A stretch of DNA of 63,878 nt, filler included, from Octopus bimaculoides (GCF_001194135.2; 8 parts of 8 records of this genome joined end to end with filler, not necessarily neighbours in it); one strand, 5' to 3'; positions 13,385 to 26,597 are shown, counted from the first letter of the whole stretch. Notes: generated by a model not told the origin, from the letters alone. Numbers and translations: made by a program.

Positions 13385-13699
13385 GTGCCAGTGGCACATA
13401 AATAGCACAATTTGAGTGTGATTGTGATTGTTACCAGCATCGCCTTACTGGCACTTGTGCCAGTGGCATGTGAAAAAAACATTCGAGCGAGGTCGTTGCC
13501 AGTACCACCTGACTGGCCCTCATGCCGGTGGCACGTAAAAGCACCCACTACACTCTCGGAGTGGCTGGCGTTAGGAAGGGCATCCAGCTGTAGAAACTGC
13601 CAGATCAGATTGGAGCCTGGTGTAGCCATCTGGTTCGCCAGTCCTCAGTCAAATCGTCCAACCCATGCTAGCATGGAAAGCGGATGATGATGATGATGA

Positions 13700-13700
<1 letters not shown>
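13385..13700 (+). mobile_element. Repeat ending in (GAT)n, probably the 3' UTR/tail of the RTE LINE
   Basis: Internal gccagt..actggc / gtgcc..ggcac hairpin subunits, ttaggaagggcatccagctgtagaaac, ending gcatggaaagcggatgatgatg. Related copies at 1-35, 8270-8460 (-) and 55490-55650. The link to the LINE rests on position and recalled family structure. Confidence 0.7.
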
Positions 13701-13742
<42 letters not shown>

Positions 13743-14849
13743 CATAAGATGGACTCTCCTGTTGTTAGACGACATATGAGGGTTTGACAATTTCTTACCG
13801 AACAACCAAACAGATGATTTGTTTATAGTGATCAAATGTTTGTGTACACATAAGCTCACTCCCTCCATCAGTTCCTTTAGTTCCTTTCAGTTTCCATCTC
13901 CCAGATTCATTCACAAGCCTTTGGTTGATCCAAGGCTATAGTAGAAGACACTTGGCCAAGGTGCTACGCTGTGAGACTGAACCCAAAAGCATGTGGTTGG
14001 GGAAGCAAAATTCTTATCACACTTTGTAGATTATTCCTTAGTTATTCAGCTGTCTATCTTGGTACTATGGTCTAGCAGCTGAAGCTATTTAAAGACAACA
14101 ATTCTACGAGAGAACCAAATAGAAATTTGCTAGTAAGATTGAAAGATTGACAAAAACAAAAACAAAAACAAAAACCTCTAATTTAGCAAAGATTACAGCA
14201 AGACTGAATGTTTCAAAAACATACAAATAAACTGCATTTTGCACTGCACAACCTTGGAGTTAAGTTTCCCCCAGTAAATGATGGAGAGAAAAGGATTATT
14301 GAGTGATACAGATTTCTCTGGTGTTTATTTTTATTTTTCTTCCTTGTTCATCTGGAAATATTTCTCAATGTATCAGTAATACTGCATTGCATTCGCTTTT
14401 TCAATTCTTCTTCTTCGTATTATCAATGCTGTTTTTGCTGCAGACATTTTTCTAGAATAATGCAGATTTTGTTAATTCTGACGAGAACAGGATTTGATTC
14501 TCAANNNNNNNNNNNNNNNNNNNNNNNNNNNNNNNNNNNNNNNNNNNNNNNNNNNNNNNNNNNNNNNNNNNNNNNNNNNNNNNNNNNNNNNNNNNNNNNN
14601 NNNNNNNNNNNNNNNNNNNNNNNNNNNNNNNNNNNNNNNNNNNNNNNNNNNNNGAGAAAGTGGAAGAGAGGAAGGAGGAAAGGTTGGAGGGAAGGAAAAA
14701 TAATTAGAACTTTTGTTTCTTTAATCTATCAAATAAACAACTAGAGGGCAGATTCAGCCTCATAACAGAGAAAAACGAGGATAGAGCAGTAAGAAAAAGA
14801 AAGGGCAATAGTGTAAGGTGAACAGAAGAAAATCATAAATATTTAAAGA

Positions 14850-14889
<40 letters not shown>

Positions 14890-15060
14890 GGAGGGAGGGA
14901 GAGAGCAAGAGAGAAAGAGAGAGAGAGCAAGAGAGAAAGAGAGAGAGAGCAAGAGAAGGGGTGGGGTGGGAAAGAAAATCGTGAGTTGATAAGGAAGAAA
15001 GAGAATAAGAATGATAAAAGCAAAAGGAGAAGGAAAGTACCAGTGAAAATAGGAAGAGAC

Positions 15061-15145
15061 AAAAGATAAATAAAAAAATAAATAAATAAATAGATAGATA
15101 AATAAATAAATAAATAAATAAAATAGAAAGGGTAAGAGAGAGATG

Positions 15146-15179
<34 letters not shown>

Positions 15180-15320
15180 AATTGATTTATTGATTGTTGT
15201 TCTGATTGATCATTTTAGAGAAGAAGAAGAAGAAGAAGAAGAAGAAGAAGAAGAAGAAGAAGAAGAAGAAGAAGAAGAAGAAGAAGAAGAAGAAGAAGAA
15301 GAAGAAAGAAAGAAAGAAAA
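15061..15320. repeat. Compound microsatellite (AAAT/AGAT/AG/AAG), representative of dozens in the window
   Basis: Direct reading. Similar (TA)n, (CA)n, (ACAT)n, (AAT)n, (AGAT)n, (AAG)n and (GGT)n tracts occur throughout, e.g. 28555-28630, 29300-29400, 30620-31085, 53625-53690. Confidence 0.98.
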
Positions 15321-15572
15321 AAAAAACCAACACAAAAATCAAATTGCAAAATATCAGTATAGCTAAGTGATGCAGAGAGTTAATTGAGTAAAGGCCAACT
15401 AGCAGGCTGTTCTGTTAGCAGAGCCTTTTAAACTGATGCTGTTCAAGTGAACTTTGTTAGTTGAAGTGTCAGACACTCTTGTCTGCAAGTGGTTGTTGCA
15501 ACTACTGTAATCTTATGCAATGCAAACTTAAACAGCTCTTTTCCTCTCACTAACTCACTCTCCTTCTCTCCC

Positions 15573-15638
<66 letters not shown>

Positions 15639-16226
15639 ATATATATGTATGATTATACATACATACATACATACATACATACATTAATATACACACGTGT
15701 ATGTGTGCATATATATATACATTTCTGTGTGTATATACATATGCATACATATTTATATTTATATATATATGTATATGTATATGTACATGTATGTNNNNNN
15801 NNNNNNNNNNNNNNNNNNNNNNNNNNNNNNNNNNNNNNNNNNNNNNNNNNNNNNNNNNNNNNNNNNNNNNNNNNNNNNNNNNNNNNNNNNNNNNNNNNNN
15901 NNNNNNNNNNNNNNNNNNNNNNNNNNNNNNNNNNNNNNNNNNNNNNNNNNNNNNNNNNNNNNNNNNNNNNNNNNNNNNNNNNNNNNNNNNNNNNNNNNNN
16001 NNNNNNNNNNNNNNNNNNNNNNNNNNNNNNNNNNNNNNNNNNNNNNNNNNNNNNNNNNNNNNNNNNNNNNNNNNNNNNNNNNNNNNNNNNNNNNNNNNNN
16101 NNNNNNNNNNNNNNNATATATATACCATATATACACACATAATTGTTGATTCCACCAATAGCAGAACAAACAACACACCATACGTACGTACATACATACA
16201 TAAGAATATATATACATACATACATA

Positions 16227-16264
<38 letters not shown>

Positions 16265-16718
16265 CACGTGTACTTACATACACTCGCACATGAACGTACA
16301 TACATAAATATTTCATATAAATACATGACTTGCCTTGGGCCCTCAAATTCTCAATGGAGTCAGAGAGGTACTGTTGTAACATAAGCTGTGCCTTGGGCAT
16401 TTCGTAGACCTGGCAGAGCCCGTTTCTCTCCAGGCAGGTAGGTCAACTGTACCTAATTTCCTTAACACAGAAAGAGAGGGGCAGACAGAACAGAAAGGAT
16501 GAATGAGACAGAAAAAAAAGAAAGAATGGAGCTTTATCGTTACTGAAAGGATGAAAGGTAAATTTAACCTTGCTAGAATTTGAACTTGACTTGCAAAAAG
16601 TCAAAATGATTCTTGTAAAGTAATTTCTATAATGCTTTAACAATCCTGCCATTTGGCTGCATTTCGTATGTGTATGTATGTATGTATGTATGCATGTATG
16701 TATGTATGTATGTATGTA

Positions 16719-16755
<37 letters not shown>

Positions 16756-16850
16756 TATACATACATATATATACATACATACACACACACACATATATAT
16801 ATACACACACATATATACATACATACAAACATATATACATATATATACAA

Positions 16851-16921
<71 letters not shown>

Positions 16922-18160
16922 CATGGTGGGGAAGCAAAATTTACAATATATGGAGGCAGGGATTGAAAGACAGTGTATGACCAATTAGTTTATTGAAAGT
17001 CATAAGAATTTATTCGTCACAAGAAAATTTACATAATAGAAAATGTTTTTATTCTATGTGTCCTCTTTCTTTCTCAATAACTGCCTTCACACGCTTCCTG
17101 AAACTTGCGCAAGTGTTCCTCAAATATTTGGGAGACAACTTCTCCCATTCTTCTTTAATAGTATCTTTAAGAGAGTCGACATTGCTGTGTGATGTTCTAT
17201 TGGTAGCATGTTCTAAAACGCCCCAAATAGCATAATCCAGAGGGTTTAGATCTGGGCTAGAAGGTGGCCATAAACATGATTAAAAAAAACTGCTAAAGTT
17301 GGATTTGCAGAAATCTTGTATTTTTCTAGCTGTGTGGGCTGGAGCACCATCCTGTGTCCATACATAATTACCATCTGGGTAGTTTNNNNNNNNNNNNNNN
17401 NNNNNNNNNNNNNNNNNNNNNNNNNNNNNNNNNNNNNNNNNNNNNNNNNNNNNNNNNNNNNNNNNNNNNNNNNNNNNNNNNNNNNNNNNNNNNNNNNNNN
17501 NNNNNNNNNNNNNNNNNNNNNNNNNNNNNNNNNNNNNNNNNNNNNNNNNNNNNNNNNNNNNNNNNNNNNNNNNNNNNNNNNNNNNNNNNNNNNNNNNNNN
17601 NNNNNNNNNNNNNNNNNNNNNNNNNNNNNNNNNNNNNNNNNNNNNNNNNNNNNNNNNNNNNNNNNNNNNNNNNNNNNNNNNNNNNNNNNNNNNNNTCATA
17701 GCTGTTGTCAACAAGTGTTTTGGTGTTCTTGTGTAAGATTTTTACCTCAAATCATATTTTTAATGGTCTTGTTGTCTACTTCAAGTTCAATTGCCATCTT
17801 TCTCATGGATTTGGTTGGATCCTTTAGGATTTGGGATTTGAGAGCTTTAATAAAAGCTTTGGTACGTTTTTTGTTGATTCCTCCACTTCCAGACTTCCTC
17901 GTAATAGTTTTGCTTATAGCCATTCTAGTCTTTACATTATAAACAGTCTTTATGGGCACTCCAACTATTCTTGAAATCTCCTTTGGTGTGACGAGTGCGT
18001 TCAGCAAATCACACCCTCTTTGACATTTGCTTTCCTGATTACTCACATGGGCAAAAGTTTCTGAAAAGGTAAGGATAACAGTGTCAGGTATGATCCTGAC
18101 ATCAATATATGCTAGGTTTCAAAACAATTGACTTAGTGCCTGCTGAAAAAAAAACAACTT
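16922..18160 (-). mobile_element. Decayed DD37D (maT) mariner-like transposon with a central assembly gap
   Basis: N-terminal HTH-like ORF 17747-18046. Catalytic region WTQDGAPAH..F*SCLWPPSSPDLNPLDYAIW has 37 residues between the 2nd and 3rd D, with one in-frame stop; ORF ends at 17049. A TA-flanked terminus (ta|catggtgggg) is at 16922; the other end is cut by the LINE fragment. Confidence 0.88.
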
Positions 18161-18164
18161 AAAG

Positions 18165-18650
18165 TTTATTGTCCAATGATCGAAGGGTACTCTTAAATGC
18201 GCTGGTTATACAGTACTGGCATAGGCCACAGTTATGGTCTCACTTGGCTTGCCGGGTCTTCTCAAGCACAGCATATCTCCAAAGGTCTCGGTCACTTGTC
18301 ATTGCCTCGGTGAGGCCCAATGTTTAAAAGTCATGCTTCACCACCTCATCCCAGGTCTTCCTGGGTCTACCTCTTCTACAGGTTCCCTCAACTGCTAGGG
18401 TGTGACACTTTTTCACACAGTTGTCCGCATCCATTTGCAATACATGACCATACCAACACAGTCATCTCTCTTGCACACCACATATGATGCTTCTTAAGTC
18501 CAACTTTTCTCTCAGGATGCCTACACTCTGTTGTGTATGCACACTGACATTACACATCCAGCAGATTATACTAGCTTTATTTTTTTTCAAGCCTATGCAT
18601 GTCCTCAGCAGACATGGCCCATGTTTCACTGCCATATAGGATGGCAATTC
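18165..18650 (-). mobile_element. Second fragment of the same RTE LINE (ORF2 C-terminus and start of 3' UTR)
   Basis: Reverse complement matches 12650-13046 (CNVSVHTQQSV..LREKLDLRSI.CGVQER; gagaagacccggca) and continues into further 3' sequence. It abuts and truncates the maT element. Confidence 0.9.
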
Positions 18651-19171
18651 ACACACACATATATATATAAATTGTTATTAATCTAAACAGGTGGGGGAAT
18701 AGAAGAAATGAAGTTGAAAATTTGCAGAGAATATATTGCAATTTAATTATATTCTAAATTATAGGAATTCACTTGACCGGTTTTACATGAGATGCTCAAA
18801 AGCACATTTACTAAATACATTGTTCCAATCTGTATTTAGTAAATGGAAACTGAAAGATGTGTTTTATATATATATATATATACACACACACACGTGTGTG
18901 TGTGTGTGTGTGTGTGTGTTACTGTCTCTTTGACTTGACATTGCATGGTACTAGTAAGGAAGTGCCATTGCAATGCATGCCATGCTCTTTATTTCCAATC
19001 TTCTGTGAATCTTCTTGTCACAGAGAAATATTAGTTTACTTGGAAACTCACTGTAGGAAGGGCATCCAGCCGAAGAAAATATGCCTAAACAAATTCTGAC
19101 TGATATTGCCCAGCATGGCCACAGTCTAATGATTGCTGCTAGTAAAAGATAATGGAGAAAAGATATATATG

Positions 19172-19212
<41 letters not shown>

Positions 19213-19312
19213 NNNNNNNNNNNNNNNNNNNNNNNNNNNNNNNNNNNNNNNNNNNNTTAATTAATTAANNNNNNNNNNNNNNNNNNNNNNNNNNNNNNNN
19301 NNNNNNNNNNNN
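19213..19312. other. Artificial 100-bp scaffold join with six-frame-stop spacer
   Basis: 44 N + TTAATTAATTAA + 44 N. The same construct has its spacer near 28850, 38505, 46551, 54476, 58095 and 61727. Confidence 0.95.
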
Positions 19313-19378
<66 letters not shown>

Positions 19379-20448
19379 CCATTATCTTTCAGCCATTTCT
19401 TTGACTCCCTTCTTCCTTTTCTCACTCTCACCACTTTCCTAACAATCTACCATTCCTCCAACTCCTCTTCATAGTCACCAAAGTATGGTGCGGTGAGAGA
19501 GACAAAAGGAGAGACAGACAGAATGAGAGACGCCGACGATGGTCGTCTTCTGGCACCGAGAATGAGACAAGTTCTACTTTCCAGAGTCACCAATCGCTGG
19601 TGCTTTCAGAACATCCGTCCGTTTCTGTGATCTACTTCTGTTATTGCTGTATTTTTTTCTGTTGTTCTGTTTTACTCTTTTACTTGTTTCAAGTCATTTG
19701 ACTGCGGCCATGCTGGAGCAACGCCTTTATAGTCGAGCAAATCGACCCCAAGGACTTATTCTTTGGAAGCCTAGTACTTATTCTATCGGGTCTCTTATTG
19801 CCGAACCGCTNNNNNNNNNNNNNNNNNNNNNNNNNNNNNNNNNNNNNNNNNNNNNNNNNNNNNNNNNNNNNNNNNNNNNNNNNNNNNNNNNNNNNNNNNN
19901 NNNNNNNNNNNNNNNNNNNNNNNNNNNNNNNNNNNNNNNNNNNNNNNNNNNNNNNNNNNNNNNNNNNNNNNNNNNNNNNNNNNNNNNNNNNNNNNNNNNN
20001 NNNNNNNNNNNNNNNNNNNNNNNNNNNNNNNNNNNNNNNNNNNNNNNNNNNNNNNNNNNNNNNNNNNNNNNNNNNNNNNNNNNNNNNNNNNNNNNNNNNN
20101 NNNNNNNNNNNNNNNNNNNNNNNNNNNNNNNNNNNNNNNNNNNNNNNNNNNNNNNNNNNNNNNNNNNNNNNNNNNNNNNNNNNNNNNNNNNNNNNNNNNN
20201 NNNNNNNNNNNNNNNNNNNNNNNNNNNNNNNNNNNNNNNNNNNNNNNNNNNNNNNNNNNNNNNNNNNNNNNNNNNNNNNNNNNNNNNNNNNNNNNNNNNN
20301 NNNNNNNNNNNNNNNNNNNNNNNNNNNNNNNNNNNNNNNNNNNNNNNNNNNNNNNNNNNNNNNNNNNNNNNNNNNNNNNNNNNNNNNNNNNNNNNNNNNN
20401 NNNNNNNNNNNNNNNNNNNNNNNNNNNNGTGGTGGTGGTGATAGTGGT

Positions 20449-20481
<33 letters not shown>

Positions 20482-21393
20482 GGTGGTACTGATGTTATCG
20501 GATGTCCCCACTGACTTAGGGATCTGCCCAGTACATTCGTTTGATCGCTGCAATATCGATCTGGATTGTCTTATAAAATATTGGTTTACGTTTTTCACAG
20601 CTTCTTATTGGCTGACTGGACTGCGTTGCTATTAGGGCTCCAAAGATCGTGGAAATGATAAAGAGATAAAGTAACGTGACGTGGCTTTCATGCCTTTCTC
20701 GTAATTATCAGAGGGGCCTCTGAAAGATCTTCAGATGAAGGACTGAAACCAAGTCCCAGGTTATCAGGTGTATAACATTTGTAACCCTTACACTACCGTG
20801 TTTGAAATTTGTACGGTATCGCTGATTTTCAGAGTCGAGGATGGACATTAGAAGCGACAATTGAATGCTTTAAGGCACTGAGCTGTCACCCATTGTAGTG
20901 TGTGTGTTTGTGGAGATGATTGCGGAGGGGTACACAACCTAGGTAAGCACTCATCAAGTATAGACGATTCAAATATTGATATCAAAGTTAGACATGATCT
21001 TTGTATAGCACACACGAAATACAGCGGTTACTTAAGTTTCATGCTGAGAGCATGATTCGAAATATCAGAGAGATATGGACATAATTCATGATTTCAGACA
21101 AATTCAAAATGGCTCTTTTCCCGAGAAATGACGTGAAATTTTGAGCCCGGGATATAAAGGGTATTACTGAAGTGATACCATTTGACTGACTGTTTAATGG
21201 TACACAAGGGTTCGTTTAGAAAATGTGAAGTGTCGCATTGTGTAAAGTGCTATAAAGTATTAAAGCTACATTTGTCTTTTTAAGAAATGGTGGTGTTTGT
21301 CTGAGAGTTTAAACTACGATCTCGGTATAAAGTGAAACCATAATTGTATTTCTTAAGTGCTATATAAAGATCATATCTAATGTAAAGATAAAC

Positions 21394-21434
<41 letters not shown>

Positions 21435-24224
21435 CTACTCTAGGCACAAGGCACAAAACTTGGAGAGGGGGCCAGTCGATTAGATCGATCCCAGTACGTA
21501 ACTGGACTTTGCTTTTCATCCTTTCGGGGTCGATAAATTAAGTACCAGTTGTGTACTGGTGTCGATCTAATCGCCTGGCCCCCTCACCCAAAATGTCGGG
21601 CCTTGTGCCTAAAGTAGAAAAGAATGTGGCTCTTGTACTGTTGCAGATGTTTTGACTAAAATCGAAGACTTCCCAATATTTGTGAGCATCATGACCTTCC
21701 AGCAAAGCTTATTGGATTTGATCCTCGATATTTCAGTTTAGATTCTCTGCACACAAGTCAAAGTGGACACAAAAACTAGACGGAGTTTGGTGTTGCAAGG
21801 GTCTCGTTGTCACCGTCTTCGTTTTTTCTTTCGATAACAATAAAATGCTTTTGACCCTTCCAAAAACATATTTGGTATGAAATCAAATGGAGAAGTGGCT
21901 GCGTGGTTAGAAGCTGAAAGAAGTTCGTCGTTTATATGTATGTTTGTCTGTGGCTTTGTGCGTGTGTTTGTGTCTGTGTTTGTCCCTACCACTGCTTGTC
22001 AACTGGTCTTAAAGTGTTTACGCCCCTGTAACTTAGCAGATCGGCCTAAGAGACCGATAAATTAAGTATCAAGCTTAACAAAAAAATAAGTATTGGGATC
22101 GATTCATTCGACTAAAAAAATTGTTCATGGCCGCAGTCTAATGATGGAAACAAGTAAAAGATAAGACAATTGAAATATGATATCGCTTTTTAAACAAACT
22201 AATTTAATTTCAAAGAGTGTTCCAATAATCGCCACGATTGAAGTATGACGGTCAAATCAGGTATGGGAGCGTGCATTTATCATTGTTTCCGTGTATTCGT
22301 GGGTTTTCTCGAGCGACCCGTTGAGTAGAATCCAGTCGGTTCCCATTTCTGCGAAATATCTCCTCATCAGCCCTGAATATGTAGGATGTAGTCGACCAAT
22401 ACGAGCCGGATACTCAGGGAAGTGAACGCATATAATGGCGGGGGTGGCGTCGAAAATCAAATGACACGTGATAAAGTGGAATGGTGACAAACAAAAATTC
22501 TAATTAAATCAAAATTAAGGGTGGAATTGCGAAAATATGGACCACAAAGAGAGGAATGCGACCTGGGAGTGTGAGAATTGCTCTTAAATGTCTATGGAAT
22601 TATTTAAACTAAATGTCTTTCTCGCGATTCATGTTCCGGGCTACGGCAAACGTTAGACGAGAACTGATGATCGCTGTGACGTGAAACTCGAGTCCGTAAC
22701 AAGGCATACATACTCGCGCGCATACACACGCGTGCGCACAACCTTTAGTAAAAATTCCAGTTTATATATGTGTGTGTGTGTATGGGTGCGTGTGTGTATT
22801 TTTTAGCCAATATATATGTATGTATTTATGCATGCATACATCTATGTACATCTGGATGCAGACATGTATGTATATACGTACGCATATATATGTGTATATA
22901 TTGTATATATATATATGTGTGTGTATATGTGTATGCATGTATGTTTGTGCGTATGTATGCACTTCTGTATGTATGTATGTATATATATATATATGTATGT
23001 GTGTATGCACGTATATATATATATATATATATACGCATGCATGTCGCAGAAGTATATTTATATATCATAGACGATTGTGTTTACACAAACCTTCGGTCCC
23101 TTTTGGAGTCGATTATGCCGTGAGACCTTTGACATCAATAAAGGCGTGACACAAACTTGAGAAATATTTGACAATTCCCAGAAGACATTTCCAGAAGACG
23201 AGGGGGGGGGCGTAGGGATGGCCTGGGGTGACGTTTCAGTTTTCACGGATTTCTTAGAGGANNNNNNNNNNNNNNNNNNNNNNNNNNNNNNNNNNNNNNN
23301 NNNNNNNNNNNNNNNNNNNNNNNNNNNNNNNNNNNNNNNNNNNNNNNNNNNNNNNNNNNNNNNNNNNNNNNNNNNNNNNNNNNNNNNNNNNNNNNNNNNN
23401 NNNNNNNNNNNNNNNNNNNNNNNNNNNNNNNNNNNNNNNNNNNNNNNNNNNNNNNNNNNNNNNNNNNNNNNNNNNNNNNNNNNNNNNNNNNNNNNNNNNN
23501 NNNNNNNNNNNNNNNNNNNNNNNNNNNNNNNNNNNNNNNNNNNNNNNNNNNNNNNNNNNNNNNNNNNNNNNNNNNNNNNNNNNNNNNNNNNNNNNNNNNN
23601 NNNNNNNNNNNNNNNNNNNNNNNNNNNNNNNNNNNNNNNNNNNNNNNNNNNNNNNNNNNNNNNNNNNNNNNNNNNNNNNNNNNNNNNNNNNNNNNNNNNN
23701 NNNNNNNNNNNNNNNNNNNNNNNNNNNNNNNNNNNNNNNNNNNNNNNNNNNNNNNNNNNNNNNNNNNNNNNNNNNNNNNNNNNNNNNNNNNNNNNNNNNN
23801 NNNNNNNNNNNNNNNNNNNNNNNNNNNNNNNNNNNNNNNNNNNNNNNNNNNNNNNNNNNNNNNNNNNNNNNNNNNNNNNNNNNNNNNNNNNNNNNNNNNN
23901 NNNNNNNNNNNNNNNNNNNNNNNNNNNNNNNNNNNNNNNNNNNNNNNNNNNNNNNNNNNNNNNNNNNNNNNNNNNNNNNNNNNNNNNNNNNNNNNNNNNN
24001 NNNNNNNNNNNNNNNNNNNNNNNNNNNNNNNNNNNNNNNNNNNNNNNNNNNNNNNNNNNNNNNNNNNNNNNNNNNNNNNNNNNNNNNNNNNNNNNNNNNN
24101 NNNNNNNNNNNNNNNNNNNNNNNNNNNNNNNNNNNNNNNNNNNNNNNACAAAATTATAAAAACTAAACATACATCTTACAAAAATATAAAAAGCTAAAAC
24201 ATAAATATACATCTTGTAAAAATA

Positions 24225-24397
24225 ATCCTGCATCCCACAGGATTTTGCTATCTTCGTTCTCAGTGTCTCCTCCCGAGGGTTGCTCACACCACGTTTTTGC
24301 TCTTTGTAGGCCCATTGTATCCTCCTGTTTCACAGAGCTCCCAATGGACTATCCTTGCAACATTGTCATGTCGTCTTTTGTAATCGCGTTGTGCCAA
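24225..24397 (-). mobile_element. R4-clade LINE fragment (region between zinc knuckle and RLE)
   Basis: Minus strand AQRDYKRRHDNVARIVHWELC..ENEDSKILWD (frameshifted). (AAT)n lies immediately 5' at 24399-24430. Confidence 0.8.
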
Positions 24398-24429
24398 TTA
24401 TAATTATTATTATTATTATTATTATTATT

Positions 24430-24845
24430 AAGTTCTATATTTTAAGAGATGAGGAATTATGTACATTATTTACATTTGACGGATATTGCTGGTCTTGTGC
24501 TAGAATTTGAATCTAATCCAATACAACACTCAGACTCTACTCGTGCTTTCGCCTTTTCCAACGACATAACTGGTTGAACATGGCTCTTGTACGTTCTGAG
24601 TTCAAAATTTGCCGAGGTTGACTTTGCCTTTCATCCTTTCGGGGTCGATAAATTAAGTACCAGTTGCGTCCTCATCTTGTTTGTTGTTAACCCTCCAACC
24701 TTCATCAGGTGTCTTGGGGAAATTTCGAACCTAAGTTATTTTTCGATGTTATTATTATTATCATTATTATTGAGGTCACTGCCTGCAATCGAACTCGGAA
24801 TCTTGGAATTAGTAGCTCGCGCTCTTAACCACTACGCCGTGGGCA
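24430..24845 (-). mobile_element. Second (single-arm) copy of the tRNA-head/hammerhead element, interrupted by an insertion
   Basis: Shares gagatgaggaattatgtacattatttac, ccttcatcaggtgtcttggggaaatttcgaacc and the tRNA-like head (24772-24845) with 4722-5003. An insertion of about 180 bp (about 24488-24669) includes a family-A SINE piece. The GAAAC half of the ribozyme is deleted. Confidence 0.8.
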
Positions 24846-25092
24846 ATTATGGAGTGAATTTTAGGGCTTATAAATCTAATATTTTCCTATCCTTCCTTAA
24901 TACCGGTTCCCATATTCTATTCATATGTGCACTCGGTCTGCTTAGGAGGTTGTTGTGCCTTAGCATATGTGCTGCTTCTTTTAGTTTTCATATTTTCCAG
25001 TGGTGTTCTCTGCCTCTTATTTTAACTTCATTCCACAGAAGGAATACATACATACATACATACATACATACATACATACATACATACATACA

Positions 25093-25600
25093 TGCGTACA
25101 AAGGAGTATTGGTGGAATGTACCAGTGAAGACCTCAGTGAAATGTAAGCACAACAGACCTGATATGTTGATTTGGGGTAGAGAAGAGAAATTGTGCACAG
25201 TTGTGGAAATTATCTGCCCAGCGGATGTTAACATAAAGCTGAAGATCAGTGAAAAAGAGAACAACCATGTTGAACTATTGAGAAATCTACAGTTACTCTA
25301 TCCCGATTACAAGTTCAGGTTTATACCTGTAATTATTGGGGCCCTGAGATATGTAACATACTGCCTAAATACCAATCTTGAATAATTAGGCTTCTCAAAG
25401 CCAGAAAGGAGAAAGCTAATTCGAAGACTACAGATCCAATCCATCACTGGAACTGTAAAAATCTGTAAAACTTTCCAGAAGTTTATCCTTTAAATATAGA
25501 TGAGCATGTCTAGATATGCAACTATATGCATGAGAATACATACATGAAACATACAAATTTGCACATACATACATACATACATACATACATACATACACTG
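25093..25600 (+). mobile_element. 3' fragment of an RLE-type (R4/Dong-like) non-LTR retrotransposon
   Basis: EYWWNVPVKTSVKCKHNRPDMLIW..VVEIICPADVNIKLKISEKEN..LQLLYPDYKFRFIPVIIGAL is a PD-(D/E)xK restriction-like endonuclease region. Flanked by (ACAT)n at 25045-25091 and 25563-25597. Confidence 0.85.
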
Positions 25601-25703
25601 TTGTTGATGTTGAAATTTCATTGAAGGAAATTTGGATCTAGGTTACGAACCGGTTCTTTTTATTTCAAAAAATCTTGAAATAAACTGAATAATGACATAC
25701 ATA

Positions 25704-26023
25704 TGTTGTTGGCACTCCGTCGCTTACAACATCGAGGGTTCCAGTTGATCCGATCAACGGAACAGCCTGCTCGTGAAATTAACGTGCAAGTGGCTGAGCA
25801 CTCCACAGACACGTGTACCCTTAACGTAGTTCTCGGGGATATTCAGCGTGAGACAGTGTGACAAGGCTGGCCCTTTGAAATACAGGCACCATCCCCTGCC
25901 GGAGCCTCGTAGTGCTTTAGGTGTTTTCGGTCAATAAACACTCACAGCGCCCGGTCTGGGAATCGAAACCGCGATCCTATGACCGCGAGTCCGCTGCCCT
26001 AACAACTGGGCCATTGCGCCTCC
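25704..26023 (-). mobile_element. Family C SINE with internal deletion of about 65 bp
   Basis: Matches 41199-41590 except for the junction gaaatacagg|caccatcccc. Confidence 0.9.
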
Positions 26024-26597
26024 ACTGACATACATAGATACAGGGAGAAAGGGAAATATGCTATCATCATTATACTCGTTAACCTGTGGCATTTGTTTAA
26101 AAGAATTCATTGTTGCTATTTCTTTGCTATAATGGTTCAATCCCCAGGAGGATCCAGCCTACTACATTATACAGCCATGGTCAATCAACCCAGAAAATGA
26201 AAACCCTCCCAACCAGTTCCACTCGGTACCAACAAGTCAATTGAAAATAAAGAAGAAAGGTCATAAGTTTAATTTCATTATTTCTTTCCACGGTTGGTTT
26301 ATAAAGATGGCGGCAATTCTCTGAGGCGATCGTCTGCCCATTCACTTCTCGTGATATTTTCGTATTCACGCGTATATGCTCCTCCCCCTCCTGCAGAATT
26401 TCCACTGGATTCTTTTGTATACAGGAAATACAATTCTTTTTAATACTTTATCACATGCTACACACATTTGTACACAGTCATTCACACACACATTCATATA
26501 CTCATTCACACGCTTGCTCGCGTATACACAGACATAGACACGTACTCACACGAGCGCGCTAACTGAACCCTTCTAACTCATTTCATTTTCTGTACTA

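Noticed and set aside
19257-19268. Recurrent TTAATTAATTAA inside N runs
   Set aside because: Identical placement in the middle of 100-bp joins marks it as an artificial assembly spacer.
20834-20942. Exon-like segment (ttttcag|..|gtaagc)
   Set aside because: Stops in all three frames; could only be non-coding, and nothing else supports it.
23060-23100. GACGA-ttgtg-ttta-cacaa-accttcggtc, resembling the 52792 ribozyme stem III
   Set aside because: Both core boxes are broken and no stem I is present.
26304-26314. YY1-like AAGATGGCGGC (similar at about 30601 and 60342)
   Set aside because: A short motif alone, with no independent promoter evidence.
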